A program made the position numbers and the translations under genes. A DNA stretch of 64,000 bases from Pedobacter sp. (GTDB lineage Bacteria > Desulfobacterota > Desulfuromonadia > Desulfuromonadales > Syntrophotaleaceae): positions 1,352,679 through 1,416,678 of the forward strand of contig JBFWJC010000001.1 of the NCBI GenBank assembly GCA_050253415.1, read 5' to 3'. Positions 1 through 11,464 of this stretch are shown piece after piece; positions within the stretch are counted from its first letter, which is position 1; each line of letters starts with the position of its first letter. The notes beneath the pieces are model-generated. The model was not told where the DNA came from and did no database searches. It saw nothing but the letters and a program-made list of their open reading frames with translations.

Positions 1-397
1 CGAAAAAGCGTACCGGACGCAGGCAGACGAACAGGTCCAGTTCCTGGCGCAGGGCCACGTTCAGCGAACTGATGCCACCACCAACCGGCGTGGTCAGGGG
101 ACCTTTGATGCCCACCAGAAACTCGTTGAAGGCTTGCAAGGTTTCACCTGGCAACCAGCCGAGTTGCATATTGAAAGCTTTTTCTCCCGCGTAGACTTCC
201 ATCCAGCTGATGCGGCGTTTTCCGCCGTAGGCTTTCTCCACGGCCGCGTCGAATACCCGTACAGCCGAGCGCCAGATGTCCGGGCCGGTGCCATCACCTT
301 CGATGTAAGGGATGACGGGGTTGTCTGGCACCTGCAGTTGTCCGTTTTTGAGGGTGATTTTATCGCCTTGAGGAACCGTGAGATGTTGATACGTCAT
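1..397 (-). CDS. icd: NADP-dependent isocitrate dehydrogenase, N-terminal part (runs off the window edge; absent from the ORF track)
   Basis: Manual translation from ATG 397: [42 protein letters not shown]...[34 protein letters not shown], typical homodimeric IDH motifs. Confidence 0.95.
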   Translation of the reverse strand, partial: MTYQHLTVPQGDKITLKNGQLQVPDNPVIPYIEGDGTGPDIWRSAVRVFDAAVEKAYGGKRRISWMEVYAGEKAFNMQLGWLPGETLQAFNEFLVGIKGPLTTPVGGGISSLNVALRQELDLFVCLRPVRFF

Positions 398-526
398 GGT
401 TTAATCCTTTTATGGAAGCTGCGCCCCTCGGGACGGTGGATGAAGTATACGGTTTGCCTAGTCTACAGAAGGCAAGAATTCTGTCAATAGCTGTTAAAAA
501 GGAAGTCCTTGCGAATGCTGTACTGA

Positions 527-1258
527 TCAGGTTGGAGGATCACTTCTGGACCCGGTTGTACCGGGAGGGGAGGACTCTCCTGAATGTGGTTCCGATCGTA
601 CGGGGAAAATCCTGGATTTGAGAGCTTTTTCCCTGGCTATGCTCTTGTCTTGCTCGGACAGTTTACGCGGTATGCTGAGCGATTGTCCGGGATAGACCTG
701 TCTGGGATCGCGGATCTGATCGCGATTGGCCTGGTAGATTAAAGGCCATAGCAGGGGGTCTCCATAAATACCCTGCTGCGCGGCAATGGTCCACAGGGTT
801 TCTCCAGCGCCAACCCGATAAACATTCAGAACAGGGCGTGGTTTAGGCTTGACGGGCACGACGGGCTGGGTGGTGATTGCTTTGAGGGTTTGTTGTGTAG
901 GTTGCCTGACCGGTTCATTGGGCAACTGGGCGGTGCGTAGGAGTTCTTCCGCGCGAATTTTTTGTAATTCACGGTCCGCCTGTTCCCGCTTAGCTTGAAG
1001 AATGGCTCGGCGGGCATGGGCTTCAGCAAAGGGCAGGATTTCCTTGGCCAGGTTGTATTTCTTTTTATCGACCAGGGCCTCGCCATCCCGCATGGCATCC
1101 AATGCGGCTTGATACTCGTTGGGTGCAAGCACTGCGGCTTCGGCCGCAAGGGCTTCGTCAAGGGCGGTGCGGGCTGATTGCAACTCTTGTAGCGGGGGGG
1201 CAACACACCCCCCCGCCAGTATGAGCAGAGTCAGTAAAACTAATACGAGACGTGCCAT
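527..1258 (-). CDS. LysM peptidoglycan-binding lipoprotein with helical N-terminal (DUF4398-like) domain
   Basis: Lipobox LAGGC after a hydrophobic stretch; LysM motif YRVGAGETLWTIA...WPLIYQANRDQIRDPRQVYPGQSLSIP; start placed at MARLV. Confidence 0.85.
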   Translation of the reverse strand: MARLVLVLLTLLILAGGCVAPPLQELQSARTALDEALAAEAAVLAPNEYQAALDAMRDGEALVDKKKYNLAKEILPFAEAHARRAILQAKREQADRELQKIRAEELLRTAQLPNEPVRQPTQQTLKAITTQPVVPVKPKPRPVLNVYRVGAGETLWTIAAQQGIYGDPLLWPLIYQANRDQIRDPRQVYPGQSLSIPRKLSEQDKSIAREKALKSRIFPVRSEPHSGESSPPGTTGSRSDPPT

Positions 1259-1336
1259 AGTCCACTTTCGTCGTCTTTGCAATCGCTTATGGATTACGCG
1301 AAGGCGATCGAAGCCCTAGAACCAAGGCTGCAGCGG

Positions 1337-3127
1337 CTAATTGTTACGCACCGCGCGCCGGATGGAAAGTTCACGCATCTGTTTGTCATCGACTTCACCA
1401 GGAGCTTCCGATAGCAGACAGGTGGCTTTCTGGGTTTTGGGGAATGCGATGACGTCACGTATGGAATCCGATCCGGTCAGAATCATCATCAAACGATCGA
1501 GTCCAAAAGCAATGCCACCATGGGGAGGCGCGCCGTAACTTAAAGCGCCCAGCAGAAAACCAAATTTCTCCTCGGCTTCTTCAGCGGTGATGCCCATGAG
1601 GGAAAACATCTTGTTCTGGACGTCGCGGTTGTGGATACGGATGCTGCCACCACCGATTTCCGAACCGTTCAAAACCAGGTCGTAGGCTTTGGCGCGGGCG
1701 CTGCCCGGATCGCCATCGAGCAGGGCGATATCTTCATCCAGCGGCGCGGTGAAGGGGTGATGCACCGCGACATGGCGGCGGGCTTCACCGTCCCATTCCA
1801 GCAGCGGGAAGTCGGTGACCCAGACAAAGCGGAAATCGTCTTTGCGCGCCAGCCCAAGTTTTTGCCCCAGCAGGCCACGCAGGCGGCCGAGGGATTCGTT
1901 GGCAACCTTGAAGGTGTCGGCGGCAAACAGCAGCAGGTCGCCCGGCTTGGAATCGGCCGCTTCATCGATAAGAGCAATTTCCTTATCCGTGAAGAATTTA
2001 GCGATCGGTGACTGCCAGGAGCCGTCTTCTTGAACTTTGACGTATGCCAGACCTTTTGCGCCGTATATTTTGACGAACTCGGTGAGGTCGTCTATTTCTT
2101 TGCGGGAGAAGGACGCGCATTGTTTGGCGTTGAGCAGTTTGACGATGCCGCCTTTTTTAACCGCGTCAGCGAACACCTTGAAGCCGCAGTCCTTAACCAG
2201 ATTGGAGATTTCAACAAGCTCCAGTTCGAAGCGCATATCGGGGTTGTCGACTCCGAAACGCGCCAGCGCTTCGGTGTAGCTGATGCGCAGCATGGGCAGG
2301 GTCAGTTCCACGCCGAGGGTTTCCCTGAACACTTTGGCGATCATGCCCTCCATAATGTCCATGATGTCCTGACGGTCGACGAAGCTCAGTTCGCAGTCGA
2401 TCTGGGTGAATTCGGGCTGGCGGTCGGCACGCAAATCCTCATCGCGAAAACATTTGACGATCTGATAGTAGCGATCGAAACCGGAGACCATCAGCAGCTG
2501 TTTGAACAACTGGGGCGATTGCGGCAAGGCGTAAAACATGCCGGGATTGACGCGGCTTGGCACCAGGTAGTCACGAGCGCCCTCGGGGGTGCTCTTGGTC
2601 AATACTGGCGTTTCGACTTCAAGAAAGCCCGTGTCGTCAAGGTAGTTGCGCACAATCTGCGCGACTTTGTGACGCAGAATAAGATTGTTCTGCAAGGACG
2701 GCCGCCGCAGATCGAGATAGCGGTGCTTAAGGCGGATATTTTCCGCAACGTCAACATTATCCTCGATCATGAATGGCGGCGTTTCGGAATTGTTGAGGAT
2801 GCGCAGTTCCTTGACTTCGACTTCGACCTCGCCAGTTGCCATCTTCGGATTGACCGTGCCTTCCGGGCGTGCCGATACGATACCGCGCACGGCGACGACG
2901 TATTCACCGCGAACCCGTTCTGCCTTGGCATGTGCTTCAGGGTCGCGGTCGGGGTCGAGGGCCAGCTGTGCAATCCCCTGGCGGTCACGCAGGTCGATGA
3001 AGATCAGGCCGCCGTGATCGCGGCGTCGCTGTACCCAGCCCATAAGACAGACTTCCTTGCCGATGTCCGCGGCAGAGATGCTGCCGCAGAAATGGCTTCT
3101 TTTCCAATCACCCAGAATATCGATCAA
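1337..3127 (-). CDS. aspS: Aspartate--tRNA ligase
   Basis: [65 protein letters not shown] start at 3127 behind AAGGAG. Confidence 0.98.
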   Translation of the reverse strand: MIDILGDWKRSHFCGSISAADIGKEVCLMGWVQRRRDHGGLIFIDLRDRQGIAQLALDPDRDPEAHAKAERVRGEYVVAVRGIVSARPEGTVNPKMATGEVEVEVKELRILNNSETPPFMIEDNVDVAENIRLKHRYLDLRRPSLQNNLILRHKVAQIVRNYLDDTGFLEVETPVLTKSTPEGARDYLVPSRVNPGMFYALPQSPQLFKQLLMVSGFDRYYQIVKCFRDEDLRADRQPEFTQIDCELSFVDRQDIMDIMEGMIAKVFRETLGVELTLPMLRISYTEALARFGVDNPDMRFELELVEISNLVKDCGFKVFADAVKKGGIVKLLNAKQCASFSRKEIDDLTEFVKIYGAKGLAYVKVQEDGSWQSPIAKFFTDKEIALIDEAADSKPGDLLLFAADTFKVANESLGRLRGLLGQKLGLARKDDFRFVWVTDFPLLEWDGEARRHVAVHHPFTAPLDEDIALLDGDPGSARAKAYDLVLNGSEIGGGSIRIHNRDVQNKMFSLMGITAEEAEEKFGFLLGALSYGAPPHGGIAFGLDRLMMILTGSDSIRDVIAFPKTQKATCLLSEAPGEVDDKQMRELSIRRAVRNN

Positions 3128-3345
3128 GTTCGGCTCCTTGGTCATGCTGATAAATTTCAATAAGGCGACACATCCCGGAGTTTTCAATCGGAAACGGTTT
3201 TTTCCTCATGTGAAAACTGTCTCGTGCCTATCCGGAGTTGCCGGATAAAAATTCGTGAGAATTTTACCAGTATAAGTGAATTGCAAATTATACGGGCTGC
3301 CGCAGAAGGCCGTCAAGCAGTTATGCGAGAAGCTCTTCTAAATGT

Positions 3346-4605
3346 TCAGTTGTTTGTGCATTTTTCAAGCAGGGCCTGCTCAATGCCGGCCAGTGCGATG
3401 GGGGTTTGGCTACCATCGTCCATGTCGCGCAGTTGTGCCTGACCGGAAGCCAGTTCTTCCTCTCCCAGAATTAAAACATAGCGCGCATTCAATTTGCCGG
3501 CTCGGCGCATCTGGGCCTTGAGGCTTTTTCCGGCGAAGGCCATATCGCAGCCCAGTCCAAGGTGCTGCATGCGGTGCATGATGGCAAAGGCTTCCATGCC
3601 CGCCGCTTCACCCAGGGCTGCCAGAAATACGTCAAGGCGGGGCGGCTGGATGCGTTGCTCGCCTTTCATCATCACCAGTCTTTCGACGCCCATGGCAAAA
3701 CCGATACCGGGCAGGGCCGGACCGCCAAGATCCTTGATAAGGCCGTCATAGCGACCGCCGGCCGCAACCGCATTCTGGGAGCCTAGCTGGTTGGTGACCA
3801 TTTCGAAAGTGGTTTTGGTGTAATAGTCAAGACCGCGCACCATGCGAGGGTTGATGGTGTAGTTGATGTGCAGGTTTTTGAGGTGTTGTTGCACCTGGTT
3901 GAAGTGCTCGTTGCAACCGCTGCATAAAAGATCGAGTACCGACGGTGCATCGGCCGTGGCTTCCTGGCAGGTCGGAACCTTGCAGTCCAGCACCCTCAGC
4001 GGGTTGGTCTGATAGCGCCGCTGACAGTCGGCGCACAATGCCTGCAGACGGCTATCGAGATAAGAGGTCAGGGCCTGGCGGTATTGGGGACGACAGTCCT
4101 GACAGCCCAGGGAGTTGATGTGCAGCTCCACCTTGTCGATGTCTACCGCTTCAAAATAGTGGCACAGCATGGCCAGTACCTGGGCGTCCATCATAGGATC
4201 ATCCACACCGACGGCTTCGGCGCCTATCTGGTGGAATTGACGATAGCGACCTTTTTGCGGACGCTCGTAACGAAACATGGGGCCCATATAATAAAGCTTG
4301 GAGACCGGGTCGAGAGCGTGCAGTTTGTGCTCGATGAAGGCACGCATGACCGGGGCCGTACCTTCGGGGCGCAAGGTCAACGAATTGTTGCTGCGATCTT
4401 CGAAGGTATACATTTCTTTTTCGACGATATCTGTGCTTTCGCCGATGGAACGACAGAAAAGATCTGTCTTTTCAACCACCGGAACGCGGATTTCACCAAA
4501 CCCGTACAACTTGAAAATACGATGTGCCTCGCTCTCCAAAAACTGCCAGGTTTCTACTTCGCCCGGAAGGATGTCGTTCATTCCCTTGATGCCTGTAATA
4601 CTCAC
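3346..4605 (-). CDS. hisS: Histidine--tRNA ligase
   Basis: LRPEGTA, FRYERPQKGRYRQFHQ, RGLDYY, GGRYDGL; hisS-aspS order. Confidence 0.98.
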   Translation of the reverse strand: MSITGIKGMNDILPGEVETWQFLESEAHRIFKLYGFGEIRVPVVEKTDLFCRSIGESTDIVEKEMYTFEDRSNNSLTLRPEGTAPVMRAFIEHKLHALDPVSKLYYMGPMFRYERPQKGRYRQFHQIGAEAVGVDDPMMDAQVLAMLCHYFEAVDIDKVELHINSLGCQDCRPQYRQALTSYLDSRLQALCADCQRRYQTNPLRVLDCKVPTCQEATADAPSVLDLLCSGCNEHFNQVQQHLKNLHINYTINPRMVRGLDYYTKTTFEMVTNQLGSQNAVAAGGRYDGLIKDLGGPALPGIGFAMGVERLVMMKGEQRIQPPRLDVFLAALGEAAGMEAFAIMHRMQHLGLGCDMAFAGKSLKAQMRRAGKLNARYVLILGEEELASGQAQLRDMDDGSQTPIALAGIEQALLEKCTNN

Positions 4606-4771
4606 AAATAGGTCCCTTCGTTCATGTTGTCATGGCTGCTGCGAGCGGTGAAAAAAGCCGGGTGATCAGGCTGTCGCGGCGGCAATAGAAGACCCGCTGG
4701 CGCAGTGGCAAGCGGGTTCGTAGGTCGATAGTGGTTGCGCTGGGTTTACCGAATATACTGCTGCCAACCTG

Positions 4772-6169
4772 TCAGTCCAGGTCAGATGTTTTATCCTCCA
4801 TCTCAGCCAGTTGCCAGGCTCCGCGAACCACGTTGCGGCATTGTTTCCCGGCGTACATGGCCTTGTCGGCCAGATGGATAATCTCTTGTTTGGTGTTGGC
4901 ATCGGATGGAAAGGTCGCATAGCCGACGGTAGCTGTAATATGGGCAGGGTTGCCGGAGTCTGAAAAAAAAGCGTGATTCTGAATCGAAAGACGTATGCGC
5001 TCCGCCACAATCTGTGCCCCTTCAGGGCCGGTTTCAACCAGGAAGCTGGTGAATTCGTCGCCACCGTAGCGGAACAGGATATCCGATTCCCTGACACTTT
5101 CGCGCAACAGGCCTGCGACTTCCTTGAGGGCCTGGCTGCCATCCAGGTGTCCACGTGTATCGTTGATTTCCTTGAAAAAATCGAGGTCGATAAAGATTAA
5201 CGAAAATTCCAGTCCGTAGCGTTCGGAACGCAGAATCTCCTGGTCAAGAATCATTTGCAGATAACGATAATTGTGCAGACCCGTCAAATCATCGATAAAG
5301 ATCAAGTCCCGGGCGCTTTTGAAACGACAGGCGTTTTCAAAACCCAGGGCGGATTGTTCCAGCAGAAAAGACAGATTGTCCAAGGGCAATCGATCGTCGA
5401 AGTCGCGGTCCTCCGGATTGCAGAATACCATGGCACCATGCAGGCCATAAGGGGACTTCAAAGGGAAAATTCCGACGGTGCAGAGGTTGGCTGGCAGTTG
5501 GGGGGCATCCGGGAGCCCTGCCTTCCGCAGAATACGTAACTCTTCACCATCCGACAAGTAAGGCTGCAGGGCGTCCATGAGCGCCATGCTTTCCGTTTCC
5601 TGAAGTCCGTTGGCGCTTGCCAGTTGGGAAATCTCGCCATTGCTGATCAGACAGGCCAATCCCCGCCCCCCGCCACTTTCCAGTAGAACTGCGGAAAGCG
5701 CTTCATTGAAAAGCTGGTCCAGGTCAAGGTGAGCCGCCAGGTGCTGACCGCGTTGATAAAGCTGAATCTGAGCCTTGAGAACCGTATTTTCATCAAGCAG
5801 GTGGCGTTGTTCGAGACAGCCTTGAACCACATGCAGCAGTTCTGCCGGGTCGAAAGGTTTGACAAGGTAGTCGCGCGCCCCGTTTTTTAGCGCTTGGATA
5901 GCCGATTCGACAGAAGCGTGTCCTGTGACCAGGATGACATCCGGGGGGTTACTCAGCTTACGGGCATAATCGAGGATTTGCATGCCATCCAGTCCGGGCA
6001 TGACAAGATCTGTAAGCACGATGTCGATGTCATTCTGGAGCAGCCGTGCCACGGCCTCCTCACCAGACGAAGCGGTTTCTATCTGATAGCCATTTTCGCT
6101 GAGGAGGTTGGTGTATAGACGGCGGAAGAAAAGCTCGTCATCTACAACCAGAATGGTTGAGGTTTTCAT
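4772..6169 (-). CDS. Response regulator / diguanylate cyclase (REC, GAF-like, GGDEF)
   Basis: REC motifs ILVVDDE, TDLVMP, YLVKPF; intact GGDEF with RxxD I-site (RESD...YGGDEF). Confidence 0.93.
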   Translation of the reverse strand: MKTSTILVVDDELFFRRLYTNLLSENGYQIETASSGEEAVARLLQNDIDIVLTDLVMPGLDGMQILDYARKLSNPPDVILVTGHASVESAIQALKNGARDYLVKPFDPAELLHVVQGCLEQRHLLDENTVLKAQIQLYQRGQHLAAHLDLDQLFNEALSAVLLESGGGRGLACLISNGEISQLASANGLQETESMALMDALQPYLSDGEELRILRKAGLPDAPQLPANLCTVGIFPLKSPYGLHGAMVFCNPEDRDFDDRLPLDNLSFLLEQSALGFENACRFKSARDLIFIDDLTGLHNYRYLQMILDQEILRSERYGLEFSLIFIDLDFFKEINDTRGHLDGSQALKEVAGLLRESVRESDILFRYGGDEFTSFLVETGPEGAQIVAERIRLSIQNHAFFSDSGNPAHITATVGYATFPSDANTKQEIIHLADKAMYAGKQCRNVVRGAWQLAEMEDKTSDLD

Positions 6170-6224
6170 CCGGACATTCTCCAGGTTAAATGATTGATAA
6201 AATTAGCAAAGTCATACCCTAGTG

Positions 6225-7415
6225 TCAATGGAAAAGCCCGGACTGCCAGGATCTTGCCTGCCAGCCTTTATTCTTCAGTTCAAAGAGCAGGGTTCCATGT
6301 AGATCGGTGCGCCACAGGGGCAATCCTTTTTCCGCAACGATGTCCATGGTTTCTCTGTGGGGGAAGCCGAAGGAATTGTTGCGACCGAGGCTGGTGAAAA
6401 CGATGGTGGGCGCAAAATATTCAAGCAGAAGATCGATATTACTGTAGCGGCTGCCGTGGTGTGGAAGTTTCAAAAGGGTTACCGGGCGCTTTGGCATGGT
6501 ACCCAATAGCTGGCGAACCCCGATGCTTTCCAGATCTCCGGTCAGTAGTACCCCCTCATGTTTGTGACGGGCGTAAAAAACGAGTGACCGGTCATTGATG
6601 CTGGCCATTGTCTGGGGTGGAACAAATAGAGCAATTTCATCGGTGCGCGTGTCTTCAACGGTTGACCATCCTGTCTTAAAGGTACGCACCGGGATGTGTC
6701 GGCTTGAAATTTGTTCGCGCAAGGGTTGCCATAGTTCGTTTTCCGGCATGCCACACCAGACCTCTTGCACCGCAAAATGTTTTACGATATGCAGCAATCC
6801 GTTTCGGTGATCGGGATGATCGTGGCTCAGAACCACGGCCGTAAGTTGCTTGATGCCGAGACGTCCCAATGCGGGTGCCACCAGCCGTTCGCCGGTATCG
6901 AAGGTTCCTTGTGCCATGCCACCACCGTCGATGAGATAGTGATGACCTCTGGCGTCCGAAACCAGCAGGGCATCGCCCTGACCGACACTCAAGGCCATGA
7001 CCCGTAGTTGCTGAGGGCGTGGAGCCGGCCATAACCATAAGGTTGCAAGTAAAGTCAAAAGCACAGGGATGTGCCACCTGCGCCAGGGCAGTAGCACGAT
7101 GGCTACCATCAGGGTTATAGCGATCAAAGAGGATAGCGGCAGGTAGATTTGGCGGGGTGTCAGTATTGGCAGCGCCAGCATGTATTCGGATAACTTCAGG
7201 GTTTGGTCAACCATGGTGGCCGTGAAGCGAAAACACAGTGCTGCACCATCGGGCCAAACAGATGCTAAAAGCAACCCGGTCAGTCCAACGGGGATGGCCA
7301 GCCCACCGATCAGCGGAACGGCCCACAGGTTGATTAACGGGCCTGCCGGGGCGAACAGGTGGAAATGCCACAGCACTATGGGGCCGGTTGTGATAGCGGC
7401 GGCCATGGTGACCAG
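6225..7415 (-). pseudogene. comEC: ComEC/Rec2 DNA-uptake channel, 3' part only (5' part replaced by an insertion)
   Basis: End of Competence domain (TTGPIVLWHF...NLWAVP) and MBL domain (VGQGDA, SHDHPDH, LLTGDLE, LPHHGS, FGFPH); sequence turns into AT-rich repeats just upstream of codons LVTMAAA. Confidence 0.9.
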
Positions 7416-7483
7416 GTAAAGAAAATAAAAAATGTCGTGACTAAGATAAAAATGTCGTGACTCGGAGAAGAAAGTTGTTTACT
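7415..7483 (+). mobile_element. Tn7-like transposon end with three adjacent TnsB-binding-site-like repeats
   Basis: AAATAAAAAATGTCGTGACT / AAGATAAAAATGTCGTGACT / CGGAGAAGAAAGTTGTTTACT ending at 7442, 7462, 7483 (20/21 bp period), starting ~8 bp from the comEC breakpoint; terminus reads GGT, not TGT. Confidence 0.72.
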
Positions 7484-7842
7484 GCGTTTGATATTTGGCT
7501 GCGTAACCATTTCCCTTCAAAGCGGGGCATCGGAGGTTTGGTTGCAAGGCCTAATATGCAATTCAATTAGCCCTTATCCACAACTATTGTGCAAAAGTCC
7601 CACGAAAGCACTTCAAGTGAATGGGGGGAATCCTTGATTTTGTGAAGAAAACACCTTTTTGCCTGGTTTTTAGACAAGAGATTTCGTTGCTGAATGTCTT
7701 GGGACTGGCAAAAAGATTTTTCTATGCTTTTATGGGTTGGCTGAGAACGGCGAACCTCAGCTTTCGGAGCAAAGTTGGGGTTCGCTGCATTGATTGCTTG
7801 GTGTCGTATCTGTCCTAGGTGAACTGGGATCTGATTAAAGAC

Positions 7843-9035
7843 TGAGTCTCACCCATAAATTGGACAGGCCAATCTTAGAGATTTCGAGCTTGCGTCATGC
7901 TTTTCCCGGAACTGTACCGACGTTAAATTTCTCAGCGATGAGTGCGGACGAAATCCACTATAGTCCTTTAGTCAAGCCTCTTTATTTTTCTTTGCATCGT
8001 CAAGGGACAAGAACCAATGTGTGTTCAAGCACTCGTCTTGAAAACTGCCATTGAACGACTCTATGAGTGCATTGTCTGTGGGCCTTTCCGGCCTTGAAAA
8101 GTCCAAATTGACGCCGTTTTCGTAGGCCCACTTATCGAGCGCCTTGGAAATAATTTCGGCGCCATTGTCGACCTGAATCTGGTCGGGGCACCGATCTTTG
8201 AACAGCCTGAGGCGCTCCATTACTTTGGCGACATCCTGGCCTTGGATCGCCCGCTCTACCTGAATGGCCAAACATTCGCGACCATAATTATAAGCGACAG
8301 TTAATGCCTGATCCGGCGGCCGTTGAACAGATTATCGGCCACAAAGTCCATTGATCGATCCTGGAGACCTCTGGGCGTTGCATGCGGTGCGCCACACGGC
8401 GCTTTGACCTCTTTTGGCGCAAATTCAATCCCTCTTCTCGGTAAATCCGGTAGATGCGCTTATGATTGACCTGCTAGCCCTTACGTCGCAACAGGATGTG
8501 AATGCGAAGGTACCTGTAACGGACCCGTACCTTGGCGATCTCACGGATGCGCTGTTTAAGAAGTCGGTCGTCCCTTGCCGGTTTGTAGTAGGCCGACCGC
8601 CAGAGTCCCACCACCGCGCAAGCTCGCAGCATACCCACAAGATGAGCGGTATCCAGATTATCGGCCAAGAGTTGCTTCTGGGCTGGCTTTAGAGTTTTTT
8701 TTGAGGACATCCTGGAGCATCTGTTTGTCGAGGATCAAATCTGCCACGAGCTTCTTGAGTTGCCGGTTCTCCTCCTCAAGCTGCTTGAGGCCCTCAATTC
8801 GCTGATACCCAGCCCCTCGTACTTCTTCTTGCAGTTGTGGAAGATGGCATCCGAGATCCCCATCTTGCGACAGACCTTGGCCACTTTCGTGCCGGTTTCG
8901 GCCTGCCGCAGAGCAAACGCGATCTGGTCCTCGGTGAATTTCGTGGTTTTCATGGCAAAAGCCCTCCGTTGTCTGAGAGGTTATTTTGCCCGAATTTTCC
9001 AGTTTTGGCTTGTCCGAATTTTCGGAAGGAGGTCA
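7843..9035 (-). mobile_element. Degenerate IS3-family element (orfA 8953-8735; orfB fragments 8710-7972)
   Basis: MKTTKFTEDQIAFALRQAETG orfA; DNGAE...SRPERPTDNALIESFNG...DECLN integrase core with frameshifts; imperfect IRs TGAGTCTCACCCATAAATTGGACAGGCCAA / TGACCTCCTTCCGAAAATTCGGACAAGCCAA. Confidence 0.88.
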
Positions 9036-9051
9036 CATGTTGACGTGTCCT

Positions 9052-9909
9052 TTACCTTTTGACCTGCACGAGCCTGGCTCTAAGATTAGCGGGAAGTTGC
9101 TCCAGCATTCTGGCTTCTTCTTCATGATAGGTAGCCAGGCGATTACTCAAAAAATCAAAGTTGACCAGATGCCCGTCGAACTCAGGCCCATCTACGCAGG
9201 CGAATTTGGTTTCCCCTCCGACCTCGACGCGGCAACTGCCGCACATGCCGGTACCATCGATTATGAGCGGGTTGAGACTGACGATGGTCTTGATACCGTA
9301 AGGCCGGGTCAACTCCGCAACAGTCCGCATCATCGGAACTGGCCCGATGGCGATGACTGCGTGCGGACGACGTGCAGGATCATCGATAAGATCCTGCAGC
9401 TCCTCGGTAACGAAACCTTTACGACCGAGGCTGCCATCTTCCGTGGTGATCTGAACTTCTCTTGAAAAAGCACTGAGTTCTTCAGCAAGAATGATGTAGG
9501 AGGCCGACCGCCCACCAATGATGGTTGTGACTTCGTTGCCGGTTTCTTGGAGAGCTTTGGCCGTCGGGTAAAGAACCGCCGTGCCGAGACCGCCCCCGAT
9601 GCAGGCAACCCGCCCCCAGGACTTAATTTCCGTCGGTTGGCCGAGAGGACCGGCGACATCCTTGAGATCCAGACCGGCGGGTATACTCACGATTTTCTGG
9701 GAAGTCAGGCCTACAGCCTGAATAAAAAGGGTTATGGTACCCTCTTTGGTACTGGCATCGCCTATCGTCAGAGGAATGCGTTCGCCTCCCTCCTCGACAC
9801 GGACGATAACGAACTGCCCTGGCTTGCGGGCCTTGGCGATTCGGGGGGCACGAATGACCATACGATGGACGTTCGGCGCTAAAATGTCGTTTCTAATTAC
9901 TTCGAACAT
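9052..9909 (-). CDS. nfnA: NfnA/SudB-type FAD/NAD-binding [2Fe-2S] subunit (PyrK-like)
   Basis: KPGQFVIVR...GERIPLTI, GPLG, IGGGLG, IGPVPMM, DGTGMCGSCRV...FACVDGPEFDGH. Confidence 0.9.
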   Translation of the reverse strand: MFEVIRNDILAPNVHRMVIRAPRIAKARKPGQFVIVRVEEGGERIPLTIGDASTKEGTITLFIQAVGLTSQKIVSIPAGLDLKDVAGPLGQPTEIKSWGRVACIGGGLGTAVLYPTAKALQETGNEVTTIIGGRSASYIILAEELSAFSREVQITTEDGSLGRKGFVTEELQDLIDDPARRPHAVIAIGPVPMMRTVAELTRPYGIKTIVSLNPLIIDGTGMCGSCRVEVGGETKFACVDGPEFDGHLVNFDFLSNRLATYHEEEARMLEQLPANLRARLVQVKR

Positions 9910-10007
9910 ATGGTCTCCGAGTTTATTTTATTTAACTTTTGATACCTTCTTTAATTTCTTTTTTTGCCACCATATCATTAGGAAAAGGACTTTTACACGG
10001 CAACGCT

Positions 10008-10175
10008 CTACTCAAATATCTTTGGAGCATTTATAGGAAAATGTTTTCGCCAGACCGCATAATGCTCTTCGTGTATTTTGTATTCTTCACATATTTCCGA
10101 CAGAGGCCGGCCCGATAACCCCTCAAGCACAATGATTGTTTTTGTCAGAGGATCAATCACTTTTGAAGGAATCAT
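10008..10175 (-). CDS. Small HTH protein (IS3 orfA-like HTH), paralog of the N-terminus of ORF 32816-33292
   Basis: KTIIVLEGLSGRPLSEICEEYKI...WRKHF aligns with KAIIVLEYLPGRTVAEICQEYDV...WRKTF. Confidence 0.55.
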   Translation of the reverse strand: MIPSKVIDPLTKTIIVLEGLSGRPLSEICEEYKIHEEHYAVWRKHFPINAPKIFE

Positions 10176-10270
10176 TACTATCTCCCTGCCTTTCACTGGA
10201 CGTGGTGAGCCGCACCTTGTCCATGCTGGCAGGGACGTGGGTGCGGTTCACCAGATTTAATTTACAGTCA

Positions 10271-10850
10271 TTACAGTTCTCTGTTGATGGTACCTTCCCA
10301 GGTGGAAACCTTGTCCTGCTCACCGGCTTCTTCCGGAGATACCCACTTGGTGGTAAAGGTCTTGACCTGGGTGTAGAACTTGGCCCCGTCGCGACCAAGG
10401 CAGTCGAGATCGCCGAAGAAAGAACGCTTGTGGCCGGAGAAGGGGAAGAATGTTAGGGGTACCGGGTTGCCGACGTTGGTACCGACGAAGTAGTCCTCTT
10501 CGCAACCTTCTACAACTGCTTCGCGACCGTCGAGGAACAATTCGGCCCTTACTCAACACCCTTGTTGATCATGTCGATGACAAAATTCTTCTGACCGGCG
10601 CTTACCAGGAAGCCAAGCTGGGTACCTTCTCAGTAAGCCGGACCCATCTTCAACTGCTCGGCATACTTCTTCAGCAGGGCCACGAATTCGTCGGCGATGC
10701 ACTCTTCCACAACCACCACGGGCAGAGCCATGCAGCGTTGACCGGCACATCCGAAGGCCGAGTTTATAATCCGACAGGCAGACCAGTCGAGAGCTGCGTC
10801 ACGCAAAACCGGGGCGTGGTTCTTGGCTTGGGAAAGGACCTGTACCCGCC
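10271..10850 (-). pseudogene. Malonate-semialdehyde dehydrogenase remnant (deleted, frameshifted copy of 31185-32732)
   Basis: QAKNHAPVLRDAALDWSA...FGCAGQRCMALP and the identical C-terminus DKVSTWEGTINREL; internal stops and deletions. Confidence 0.9.
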
Positions 10851-11135
10851 ACAGGCCACCAGAAAATCGCACTTCTCTTCTTTAAGCATCTGCAGACCGG
10901 TGTCAACATGGGACAGATCGCCCTTGGAATTCACGCCGTTAAACAGAACCTTGACACCGCTATCCACAAGAGACGTGACCACCGGATCGATGGCGCCGAC
11001 CTCTGCCAGCACCTTGTCGATCAGCAACAGGACCTTGCGCGCTCCGAGACGCTTGGCCTCCGGTCCGGCATTAGCAGCAGCCTCTTCGCCGAAATGAATG
11101 ATGGCCGGTGTGCAAAACGGACGGGATGGAATCAT
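10850..11135 (-). pseudogene. Fe-ADH 5' remnant (copy of 29882-31045)
   Basis: MIPSRPFCTPAIIHFGEEAAANAGPEAKRLGARK...FLVACGG, then joins the mmsA remnant. Confidence 0.9.
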
Positions 11136-11279
11136 TGTTGTGTCTCCTTAATCTGTGTCTATTTGACCTTCCCAGGACGGCCAGTTGCACAACGGTATAA
11201 AAATCTGCGCACAATGGGTCTCTCTTTTGGCTTAATTTTTACAACAGCAGCCTTGCCAAATCAATCAAAAATACAAATA

Positions 11280-11289
11280 TTTGGCCAAT
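11280..11289 (-). promoter_or_regulatory. Regulon operator (ATTGGCCAAA) upstream of the Fe-ADH remnant
   Basis: Motif match, 15 nt before TTGATT; homologous to the 29726 promoter. Confidence 0.65.
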
Positions 11290-11464
11290 TTTTTGTGCAC
11301 AGAAATCAATGTGTTTTCTTTCTGGAAAATTTGCCGTTATCAGAGGCCTGTGGGGGTGTTCCGGGGACACAGTCCGGCATTTTTCTCTTCGCAATGCGAA
11401 TATGGAGGACGTTGGCATTGTCCCTCCTGTTCATAACTTCGCCTTCTAGTTACGACCTCAGCAA

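Noticed and set aside
7574..7582. Perfect DnaA box TTATCCACA
   Set aside because: Single copy with no cluster or DUE; not evidence of an origin
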